DNA of 64,000 bases. It comes from an uncultured virus (IMG/VR IMGVR_UViG_3300000243_000001). Lineage: Duplodnaviria > Heunggongvirae > Uroviricota > Caudoviricetes. Positions 47,489 to 55,801 of this stretch are shown piece after piece. The notes beneath the pieces are model-generated. The model did not search any database. It saw only the letters and a list, made by a program, of their open reading frames with translations, and was not told where the DNA came from. The position numbers were made by a program, and so were the translations under genes. The stretch lies in IMG/VR virus record IMGVR_UViG_3300000243_000001. One strand, written 5' to 3'. The stretch's first letter is position 1, and each line of letters begins with the position of its first letter.

Positions 47489-48943
47489 TTACCCCAGTTT
47501 AGCTGGAAATCCAATTTTATCTACGAAAGCGTTTATCAATTCGCCTAGTTTAGCTTCAGATCGATTGGTTTGATACCAATGGTGGAATATATATGTTATT
47601 CTACAATTTTCATAGATGCATTTTCTTGACTTCGAATTAAAGATTACTGGGTATTGAGCAGCAAGAGTTAACAGTAGGTTATTTAATTGTCTACTTAATG
47701 TTTCCCAGTTATCTGCACGAAAGAACATATCGTCAACACAGTAATGATGAATGACCCATGCATAGAATCTATCCAATTGTTTATTAGAATATACATTCGC
47801 TGGTGTAAACGTATCGATATTATGCAACATGTTACCAGCTTTCAAGTTACCCATATCCAACATCATATCATCATAGTATTCATCTGTTGTATATACTTCA
47901 CGTAAGATTGAATCATCTAATGTTTGAATGTTAGGGTGAGTGATTAATTTTTCATCTTTGAATTGATATATGAGAAGATCTCGTACTTTAAGTTGAGCAG
48001 TTCTCATGTAATTTACCGAATCGTATGTCAGTTCCATTTTTTGTGAACAAACATTCTCACCCGATAAATCAACTCTGTAACGTTGAAATAAACGTTCAAG
48101 TAAGGTTAATTGAAAGCGATCATACTTAATATAAACACCAAGAGAGTGTAATCTGAAATCATTATCTACACTATCCGAATTAATGTAATCATAAAATGAT
48201 CGATACGCCATCGCTGTAAACGGACTGAAACTGATATCCGTTGAGTCTGGATCTCTACGTAATATTCCACGTAAACCAACCATTCCACCAATAGCATAAT
48301 TACGAATATACTTACTCATTTCAAGTTCTTTATATAACTTAGTCCAAATCTCATACTGACCTTTCAATTTGAAATGATAAATAAAGAAGAACTTCTCACG
48401 TAACTCAGGATATTTAATCAAGAGGTCACGAGATTCGGTTAATGATAACTTGTTGAAATTATAGATTGCTTCTTTAGTATTGTGCTGTGGATGTGCTAGA
48501 AACACAGGAATATCCAATGAAAACATATAATCGAAGACTTCTCTTTCATTCTCTAAGTAGTAATTGTAATAGTAAATGAAACGATTGATGTCAGTTGGAT
48601 GAACGTCACCAACGATGATTGAGTACCCACCCGAATCCATGTATATCTTTGCTCCAGGAACGGACTTAATGTACTTGTCAACATAGCCTCGAATATGAGC
48701 CATCGCTACACCGAGTGTAGAATGATCGAAGTTCTGTTGTTTCAGGCCATCAATGATCGAGATCAATGATCTACCAGTTTGTTCGACTATTGGTTTATTG
48801 AAGTCAGTTTTCTTACGAGCTTCAATGCCTTGATTTGTGAGACATGTGTGAAATGGATTTACTTCATCAATTTCAATATCATTTCCAACATGTTTGGTGC
48901 CACCTTCCAATGCACGACTTCCCCCGACATAAATAAAATCCAT
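47489..48943 (-). CDS. dpdA: TGT-fold guanine transglycosylase, DpdA-like (probable DNA 7-deazaguanine insertion enzyme)
   Basis: DSGGYS, SLDIP, AIGGMV, LHSLG and YDS in TGT-barrel order; queC/D/E present in the window. Confidence 0.7.
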   Translation of the reverse strand: MDFIYVGGSRALEGGTKHVGNDIEIDEVNPFHTCLTNQGIEARKKTDFNKPIVEQTGRSLISIIDGLKQQNFDHSTLGVAMAHIRGYVDKYIKSVPGAKIYMDSGGYSIIVGDVHPTDINRFIYYYNYYLENEREVFDYMFSLDIPVFLAHPQHNTKEAIYNFNKLSLTESRDLLIKYPELREKFFFIYHFKLKGQYEIWTKLYKELEMSKYIRNYAIGGMVGLRGILRRDPDSTDISFSPFTAMAYRSFYDYINSDSVDNDFRLHSLGVYIKYDRFQLTLLERLFQRYRVDLSGENVCSQKMELTYDSVNYMRTAQLKVRDLLIYQFKDEKLITHPNIQTLDDSILREVYTTDEYYDDMMLDMGNLKAGNMLHNIDTFTPANVYSNKQLDRFYAWVIHHYCVDDMFFRADNWETLSRQLNNLLLTLAAQYPVIFNSKSRKCIYENCRITYIFHHWYQTNRSEAKLGELINAFVDKIGFPAKLG

Positions 48944-48967
48944 TACAGTTTACCTCCAGTTGTAATT

Positions 48968-49636
48968 TCATATGTGTGTCCAAGTAATTCTTCGTTTAAT
49001 TTTACTTATGACATATGGTTTAATATTGTATATTTTAGCAATATCGACATTTGACATTGACTTTGTTAAAGATCTAATGTTTATCACATCACTTTCAAGT
49101 AATGATGTATTGTGATGCTTTGATCCAAATAACGATCTTCCTTTATCTACCATATCAAACATATTGTCGTTATTGTTTCCGATAAATAGATGGTGTGGAT
49201 TACAACATTTAGTATTATCGCATGTATGACATATAAGTTGTTCTGGAACCAAATATACATTATGATAAATTTGATATGCTACTCTATGTGCTTTTTGGTG
49301 CTTATTTGAATATCTGAGTTTACCATATTCATCTTTGCATAAATTAGCTTGCCATTCCCAACATTCGTCATCACCTTTGATATCAACAAAGTGCCAAAAA
49401 TATTCTGGAGTACTTATAACTAACATATGATGTGGATTAACACATATTTTATTATTGCATATTCTATGTATTCTATTTTGTGGTTTAACTCCACAAAACA
49501 TTTCATATGCTACTTTAGCTATACCAGATCCACAAAAATAATTACTTCCATTCCATTCCCAACATTCATCCGGTTTCAAGTCATTATTATTCTTAATCTT
49601 ACTAAAGAATCTGTTTCGTTCAGTTTCAGTATACAT
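48968..49636 (-). CDS. HNH homing endonuclease (tandem HNH-like domains)
   Basis: Two CWEW...H.C.N..C.NPHH repeats plus a C-terminal HTH-like segment. Confidence 0.88.
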   Translation of the reverse strand: MYTETERNRFFSKIKNNNDLKPDECWEWNGSNYFCGSGIAKVAYEMFCGVKPQNRIHRICNNKICVNPHHMLVISTPEYFWHFVDIKGDDECWEWQANLCKDEYGKLRYSNKHQKAHRVAYQIYHNVYLVPEQLICHTCDNTKCCNPHHLFIGNNNDNMFDMVDKGRSLFGSKHHNTSLLESDVINIRSLTKSMSNVDIAKIYNIKPYVISKIKRRITWTHI

Positions 49637-49638
49637 AA

Positions 49639-50271
49639 CTAACTCACATCTGATGCAAAACGTTCAGCATGTTCTCGAGCTTCCTGTTCAGTTTTAATAG
49701 TATATGGTTTAAAGACTTTTTTCTTGTATTCTTTATCCCATCTATTCGCAGCTTCAAGCCCTTCTTTCTTTTCAATTTCCCAATACTTTTTATTGATATG
49801 TTCACCATAAGTGTGTTTGTTACCAATAGTATCAGCAGATTTAATCTTCATTCCAACGTAGAATCCAGCGACTGCGCGATGTGACCAACCATAACACTTG
49901 CCGTTTGGTGATTGACCATTCGAGTGTGGTGATCCCCAACCTTTCAGCATAAGCCAATCTTGGAATTTACACTTTGCTTTCCTATCGGCTGTCCTTGGAA
50001 GGTTCTTGAGAGTACGTTCTTCTGGTGGAACATTTGTTTTTAACCATTTAAGAGTTTTGAATTTCTTCTTACGGTTAGTTCTAGGGTTCAATTTACGGCG
50101 AACATCTTTTTCGATTCGAGCTACAGCATATTCGCCATCTTCAAGTTCAGGTTTAGCTAATTCCAATATGATATGATCATCATCTTCTTCAACCATTTCG
50201 ACAATAAATCTGTAATTACCTAATGGTGAATGAGTAAGACTTTCTTGTACCAGTTGATTTATATTACTCAT
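49639..50271 (-). CDS. Hypothetical phage protein
   Basis: 210-aa ORF containing YGWSHRA..GF. Confidence 0.7.
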   Translation of the reverse strand: MSNINQLVQESLTHSPLGNYRFIVEMVEEDDDHIILELAKPELEDGEYAVARIEKDVRRKLNPRTNRKKKFKTLKWLKTNVPPEERTLKNLPRTADRKAKCKFQDWLMLKGWGSPHSNGQSPNGKCYGWSHRAVAGFYVGMKIKSADTIGNKHTYGEHINKKYWEIEKKEGLEAANRWDKEYKKKVFKPYTIKTEQEAREHAERFASDVS

Positions 50272-50327
50272 CGTTAGTTATCCTATTTGCCTAAATTACT
50301 TATATCTATTTATTATTGTTCCTAATA

Positions 50328-50780
50328 TTAGGACAATATAAACATAAAGTGATCTAAACCGATAATAACATCTTCATTTACTTTAACTAAAACTCTATGA
50401 GAACACCCAGTATTTTCCATTAGACGTTTAGCTTTATGCTTCATATCCAATGCACCAGGGCGAGACGATTGACTTAATTCATAATACGCACGATTCAACA
50501 AGTTACAATCGAAGTCACAGGTACTTGGATTCATAACCGGGTAATTGAGTCTTGCTCCATCTAGGAATGCCTTTTCTCCACAGTCTTCATAGAGTCGCTG
50601 TCGAGCTATCCGGCTTCTTAGGATAGGAATTTGAGGCATCTGACTAAGGGCCTCTTCAATCATTTCTTTAATTTTGAGTTCATCATTCTCATCGAACCCA
50701 AAGTCCTCAAGAACTATAGTTTCGTCGGAATCGTGTCCAAGTAACTTTGCACAACGTTCTTCTAATTCTGTCAGTTCCAT
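50328..50780 (-). CDS. Hypothetical protein
   Basis: 150-aa ORF, GGAG RBS. Confidence 0.7.
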   Translation of the reverse strand: MELTELEERCAKLLGHDSDETIVLEDFGFDENDELKIKEMIEEALSQMPQIPILRSRIARQRLYEDCGEKAFLDGARLNYPVMNPSTCDFDCNLLNRAYYELSQSSRPGALDMKHKAKRLMENTGCSHRVLVKVNEDVIIGLDHFMFILS

Positions 50781-50807
50781 TAATCTTCTCCAAAAAAAAT
50801 AGTTAAA

Positions 50808-50837
50808 TTGAGGTGAACCTTTTACAGTTCACCCCAA
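50808..50837 (-). terminator. Putative terminator after khpA
   Basis: TTG.GGTGAAC/GTTCACC.CAA stem with downstream T-run on the minus strand. Confidence 0.6.
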
Positions 50838-50857
50838 TCATTCTACCATCGAATCAC

Positions 50858-51106
50858 TTAGTCAATAATATGAATATTGACTCGCTTTTCATTCTTAGCG
50901 GCAATATTTTCACATATAGTACGGATCGAAGTGATAATCTTACCTTCACGTCCGATTATCTTTCCGACTTCTTCTTTCGGTACAGTTATACTGATAACTG
51001 TAGTCCGATTACCCGATTTCTCCTCTATAATAATTTCTTCAGGATTATCGACGAGTTGACTAACAATTGTTTTTACAAGTTCAGTAATGTTATTTGCTTC
51101 AGCCAT
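50858..51106 (-). CDS. khpA: KH-domain RNA-binding protein KhpA (YlqC family)
   Basis: ELVKTIVSQLVDNPEEI...EVGKIIGREGKIITSIRTI (GxxG loop). Confidence 0.92.
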   Translation of the reverse strand: MAEANNITELVKTIVSQLVDNPEEIIIEEKSGNRTTVISITVPKEEVGKIIGREGKIITSIRTICENIAAKNEKRVNIHIID

Positions 51107-51293
51107 GTTATAACCTTTCAAGTTTCGTTATTGTAATTAAGTTTCAGTAGGCGATGGATTTTCGATTATACATATAATCTGTCAATTATTGACTTGTCTG
51201 ATCTGAATATAATAATTATTTACCGAAGTAGCATTTGGTGGACACTAGTATCGATTATGTAATACCCATGTACTATGGGCATGTGGGGATGAG

Positions 51294-52001
51294 TTAACGA
51301 TTCGGTCCAGTATATGGATTGTTTGGTTGCCCAACGACATTATGTTGAGTACCTTGTTGTTGTCCATTTGGAGCGAATTGTGCATTGCCCGACTGCTGTG
51401 GCTGAAATCCTTGATTCTGGTTGGCCGGTGCTCCACTAAACCGGTTCTGTTGTTGGAATGGTTGACTTTGGAAGTTATCAAATTCCAATCTTAACGCTCT
51501 TTCGGATATTGCTGTGAGAGTTTTGGCCATTCCCAATATGTCACTTGGTGGTAATACAATAGTGTGCTTGGTTTTATCTTGTGACATTGATAAGTTGATC
51601 TTTCGAACAGCGATTTGAACACCACCGATGTTCTGCATTGTTGGTGGAGGTACCCATATCGCTAAGTTCTTTTTTGTACCAGCAGATGCACTAAATTTAG
51701 TATATGGTAACACATTCATATGATTCCCAATACCTACTTGATATAGGGTTTCAGCTAAGGCTACAACTTCTCGTGTAGAGAACTTCTGTGTGATTTTACC
51801 TTGTTGGAAATCATATCCACGTGAATTACCTTGTTGTTTACCAGGGACAAAAGCAACCATAAAGAAGAACTTATCTTTATATGTTTTATAGTTCTTGTCA
51901 CTCATATTTGGTGTTATTTGAAGAAGATCAAATGATAAAAGATGGTTGTATGAAAAACTCATCTGTGCAATCTTAGTCAGCGTATCATTATATTGAGACA
52001 T
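51294..52001 (-). CDS. Possible Whirly-like ssDNA-binding protein with Q/N-rich tail
   Basis: MVAFVP...RGYDF...QKFSTREVVAL and KNLAIW...INLSM...IVLPPSD resemble Whirly repeats (recognised by eye). Confidence 0.45.
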   Translation of the reverse strand: MSQYNDTLTKIAQMSFSYNHLLSFDLLQITPNMSDKNYKTYKDKFFFMVAFVPGKQQGNSRGYDFQQGKITQKFSTREVVALAETLYQVGIGNHMNVLPYTKFSASAGTKKNLAIWVPPPTMQNIGGVQIAVRKINLSMSQDKTKHTIVLPPSDILGMAKTLTAISERALRLEFDNFQSQPFQQQNRFSGAPANQNQGFQPQQSGNAQFAPNGQQQGTQHNVVGQPNNPYTGPNR

Positions 52002-52046
52002 ATATTAAAGTCCTTTCAGTTTCAGTTATAAGAATACACAATATCA

Positions 52047-52832
52047 TTAACCTGAGAATACATGAACAAGTTTATCCGGAGGTAACGAATCGACTTTCTC
52101 TTGTATTGTTTGTTTAATTGTATCATGTCTTGTCTGTAGTTCTTCCCAGTTGAGGTTAATCTCACCAAATGGGGTTGCTAAGTTACGATACTTTTTACGT
52201 AACTGAATGACATTATCTATTACTTCAGCTAATGCCCATTGCTTAAATATTTCATGATACATGTCACTTGGTATTGTAGTAAAGTCATTATGTACCATTT
52301 TACATTCAATAATAATGTTCTTACCATTCAATGAAATGTCCAATTGTAATTTATTGGGTGGAATAAATCGATACGTTGGAACTGTCATCATTGATTTTTG
52401 TATGTCTGAATATACATTTAACATTGCGGAATCCATTGGGTTCATCGACATCATTCCCATGGTTTGCATTACTTCAACATTAACTGTACCAGCACCACCC
52501 ATATATTGTGGCCAGTATAATTCTTGTACATCTACAACGAACATGTCTTCTGGTGTTGGAATCTTATACACCTCAGACATGAAATAATTCGATCTTCCAT
52601 TATCCACGAATACAGACTCATCATCTTCTGTTGCTAAATCATCTGTACCAATCAAGTGTTGTGGACCTAGTCTAAACCAACCAGGTCGACCGATGTATTG
52701 GGAAAATGCTGGCAATACATCTTCAGAGATTATTTCCTTAATGTCAGTGTCGCTTAATTCTAAGAAATTTAATGGGACACCGAGCTTTCGCTTAATGTAA
52801 CGTATGATATTGTTCCAATTTTGATGTGCCAT
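52047..52832 (-). CDS. Neck/head-completion protein, T4 gp13-like
   Basis: YIKRKLGVPLNFLELSDTDI N-terminus and KQWALA...KKY...PFGEINLN C-terminus match the gp13 pattern. Confidence 0.7.
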   Translation of the reverse strand: MAHQNWNNIIRYIKRKLGVPLNFLELSDTDIKEIISEDVLPAFSQYIGRPGWFRLGPQHLIGTDDLATEDDESVFVDNGRSNYFMSEVYKIPTPEDMFVVDVQELYWPQYMGGAGTVNVEVMQTMGMMSMNPMDSAMLNVYSDIQKSMMTVPTYRFIPPNKLQLDISLNGKNIIIECKMVHNDFTTIPSDMYHEIFKQWALAEVIDNVIQLRKKYRNLATPFGEINLNWEELQTRHDTIKQTIQEKVDSLPPDKLVHVFSG

Positions 52833-52852
52833 ATTATCATCGAAAAAGAATT

Positions 52853-52888
52853 TGTAGAAGGATTAAACATTAAGTTAATCCTTCTACA
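52853..52888 (-). terminator. Rho-independent terminator
   Basis: Perfect 14-bp stem TGTAGAAGGATTAA/TTAATCCTTCTACA. Confidence 0.75.
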
Positions 52889-52892
52889 GTTT

Positions 52893-53291
52893 TTATTTTG
52901 GCAACAAGGAATCTAACACGCTATCAATTTGTGATTTCCCTTTAGGGCTATTAAGTGGTTGAGTATTCTTACTGAGATAATCAATCAACTTAATTGTTAA
53001 ATCATCAATAAACTTTTGATTCGCATGTAAAGCATGTCCTAATTGCTCGGTGTCATCTGGATGTATGAATACAACATGTGCATCATAATGGATGACTTGG
53101 CCAATTTTCTGTAATGGTTTGATACCAAAGTTATTCGGTAACTCGTTATCTTCTTGTTTTAGAAAATGATTAAGGTGTGCTTGACCATTAGGGCCTAATA
53201 GCACTTTACCAATATGAGTCTTCAACCATCCACTTTCAATCAGTTCAGATATGCAGTCTCGTAATAATTGATTAACTTCTTCAAGTTGCAT
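52893..53291 (-). CDS. Hypothetical protein
   Basis: 132-aa ORF, AAGGAG RBS. Confidence 0.7.
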   Translation of the reverse strand: MQLEEVNQLLRDCISELIESGWLKTHIGKVLLGPNGQAHLNHFLKQEDNELPNNFGIKPLQKIGQVIHYDAHVVFIHPDDTEQLGHALHANQKFIDDLTIKLIDYLSKNTQPLNSPKGKSQIDSVLDSLLPK

Positions 53292-53302
53292 TTAATTCTC
53301 CT

Positions 53303-54274
53303 TCAAATGATTTCCAATTGCTGCTTTAATTCAGTTAAATATGTGAACGGTATACGTTTCAATTGTTCATCAAAGCATATCAATTTAAAATTCCTCAAGA
53401 CTTGTGCTTGATATTTTGCATATTTTGATGGAAGAATGGTGTTTTCATCAAAATACGGTCCCATGCTATTCGATGTAATCATCTTAATAGCACTAGCTTC
53501 TCCGATCCGTGGTATTCCCGGGATGTTATCCGCTTTATCACCAGCTAAAGCTAGTATTAATGGGATGTAGTTTGATGTCAATAGTCCTCTCTTAAATTTT
53601 TTATAGATGTAACTGATTGCGTTATCATCGCTTAATGTATTGAATTCCAATGTACCAGTACTCTTTTTATAGAGCGTAGCAATTTGCATTGTATTTCTGA
53701 ATACACACGTTTGAAGTAAATCTTTATCAGTCGATAGTATTACATTAAGTGTTTGTCTAGTACCAGCACCTAATAAGTTATTGCTTATTATATAGTAAGG
53801 AACTAGATCTCCTTCATATTGATCGGTATAAATAACCTTTGATAATCCAGGTATAGTAAACCGTGGTATAAAATCTTCAAAATAATAATTTTTAATTCGT
53901 TTAAATAGTTCACGTTCTGTATCTTCAAGTACTATAGTATCAACTACTTTAGAACGATCGCCTTTATACGCTTTGTATATCGTCTTATTTTGAATACATT
54001 CACCAGAGTCATAAAACGTTACAAACTTAGGACCATACTGATTAAACTCATTGAGTAGTTTATCGTAAAATATCCTAGCTTCATCGAAGAACAATTCTGG
54101 TAACTTTTGGGTTTCAAAGTAATTACCAATTTCAAGATCAATTACTCGTTTATTATAAAATCCTCGACATATACTCGGTAGATCTACATAAAAGATCACT
54201 TTCGAATATTGTCCTCGTTCCAGTATGGTGTGTATAGTTTTATACGGAATTTGAAACTTAAAGTAGTATTGCAC
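53303..54274 (-). CDS. 5'-3' exonuclease / flap endonuclease (T4 RNase H-like)
   Basis: YKAYKGDR, EGD, STDKDLLQ, GDKADNIPGIPRIGE. Confidence 0.88.
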   Translation of the reverse strand: MQYYFKFQIPYKTIHTILERGQYSKVIFYVDLPSICRGFYNKRVIDLEIGNYFETQKLPELFFDEARIFYDKLLNEFNQYGPKFVTFYDSGECIQNKTIYKAYKGDRSKVVDTIVLEDTERELFKRIKNYYFEDFIPRFTIPGLSKVIYTDQYEGDLVPYYIISNNLLGAGTRQTLNVILSTDKDLLQTCVFRNTMQIATLYKKSTGTLEFNTLSDDNAISYIYKKFKRGLLTSNYIPLILALAGDKADNIPGIPRIGEASAIKMITSNSMGPYFDENTILPSKYAKYQAQVLRNFKLICFDEQLKRIPFTYLTELKQQLEII

Positions 54275-54285
54275 AATAGATCTCC

Positions 54286-55185
54286 TTAAACACCACCATT
54301 ATCGAGATATATGGTGTTGAATAGTTCTGTAGGAACAACAGAAGTACCTGTTTTGGTTACAACATAATGTGCACATTCATTAGCGATGTGACATGCTGTA
54401 TTTATATCGTTTCCTTTCGCAATACAATATGCGACAACGGATATAACAGTATCTCCTGCACCACTAACATTAAAAACTTCAATTGGATCTGCCACAATAG
54501 CATGTAATTCTTCAGTATCGCTATTCAGAATACGAATACCTTTTGCACCCATAGTCTTAATATAATACTTAGGGTTCATCACTAATTGGGTATCTCGTCT
54601 CTGTAATGAATTATATTCTTTTTCATTAGGGGTAATAGCATATGCATCACAGTACATATGTAGATTACATGGTTTCGGATCAATAATGAACGGTATACCG
54701 AGTGCTCGAACTTGATCCATTAATTCAAGATTAACAACACCTTTGTCATAATCCGATATGATTATAATATCTATGTGATATAGATTAATCTTCTCAAGTT
54801 CACGATCGGTGAATAATAATCCTGGAGCTCGAACTTCATCATCTACACGTAACATTTGTGTGAATCGATAATCAGCTATGATACGATTTTTAACAGTAGT
54901 TTGATATGTAAGTGATGTTTCAACAAATTCATCATTGAATCCTGTAGTGTTAAGTAAATGTGTTTTTACTTTCTCACCAAAATAATCAAGACCAACAATT
55001 GTTTTACAGTATACTTTACAATCCAATTCGGCAAGATTTCGTATCACATTACCACATCCGCCAAGAACATTAAAGCTTTTTGTCTTCTTGACAATTGGTA
55101 CAGGTGCTTCTGGTGAAATTCTATCTACCGTTCCTATAGTGTAGCGATCCATCATAATGTCGCCAATTACTAGTATCTTAACCAT
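54286..55185 (-). CDS. hldA: D-glycero-D-manno-heptose-7-phosphate kinase (stand-alone RfaE domain I, PfkB family)
   Basis: GDIMMDRY, RISPEAPVP, GGCGNV, SDYDKG, IDPK, ITPN..E, VSGAGDTV. Confidence 0.92.
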   Translation of the reverse strand: MVKILVIGDIMMDRYTIGTVDRISPEAPVPIVKKTKSFNVLGGCGNVIRNLAELDCKVYCKTIVGLDYFGEKVKTHLLNTTGFNDEFVETSLTYQTTVKNRIIADYRFTQMLRVDDEVRAPGLLFTDRELEKINLYHIDIIIISDYDKGVVNLELMDQVRALGIPFIIDPKPCNLHMYCDAYAITPNEKEYNSLQRRDTQLVMNPKYYIKTMGAKGIRILNSDTEELHAIVADPIEVFNVSGAGDTVISVVAYCIAKGNDINTACHIANECAHYVVTKTGTSVVPTELFNTIYLDNGGV

Positions 55186-55256
55186 TTATCGCTCCAGTTT
55201 CAATTATCTTATATATGTATATTTTTTAATTCAAAAAAAGACTTAGTAGTACTATT

Positions 55257-55267
55257 TATATCTATAT
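55257..55267 (-). promoter_or_regulatory. Candidate phage promoter motif ATATAGATATA
   Basis: Intergenic copy upstream of hldA. Confidence 0.5.
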
Positions 55268-55281
55268 AAACAATTCGAATA

Positions 55282-55797
55282 TTAAATGTCCTGAATCGTA
55301 TCTATAACTCGATAGATATACATATATGCTCTTTTCCAAGCACGATGATCTTCAATGACAGTTTTAAGCATGTTGTTTGTAAACTGTTCATTTAACTCAA
55401 GATCATCCGGACTATTGAGGTATGCATATTTCGTAAACAATACTTCATCATCAGTTAATGGGTGAATATCAATTTTGTATTCCCCACGTGTACCATATTC
55501 CAAATCGGATCCAGTTGGAACTGAGATGTCCAGCTGTCTTTCAGTTAATCGATGGAATCGACGGAGCTCATACTTTTGCATATCGTGTACAATATAAGCA
55601 CCATATATCCATCGCTCATTACAGACTGGACACTCAACAGGACGTTCATCTCGAAATTCCCATAAAGGAAAGTCCCACGGGAAATCACAAGCTTGACACT
55701 TGAATTTAACCCATTCTGGATCGTATATGTCATACTCCTCTGGTCTACAACCTCGAAAACCATTGCCTATTTGTAAGTCATCGTGTATGATGTCCAT
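55282..55797 (-). CDS. Zn-ribbon family protein, minimal member
   Basis: GNGFRGC..EYD, CQAC...CPVC; homologous to both termini of 55802..57784. Confidence 0.75.
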   Translation of the reverse strand: MDIIHDDLQIGNGFRGCRPEEYDIYDPEWVKFKCQACDFPWDFPLWEFRDERPVECPVCNERWIYGAYIVHDMQKYELRRFHRLTERQLDISVPTGSDLEYGTRGEYKIDIHPLTDDEVLFTKYAYLNSPDDLELNEQFTNNMLKTVIEDHRAWKRAYMYIYRVIDTIQDI

Positions 55798-55801
55798 TAT
55801 A

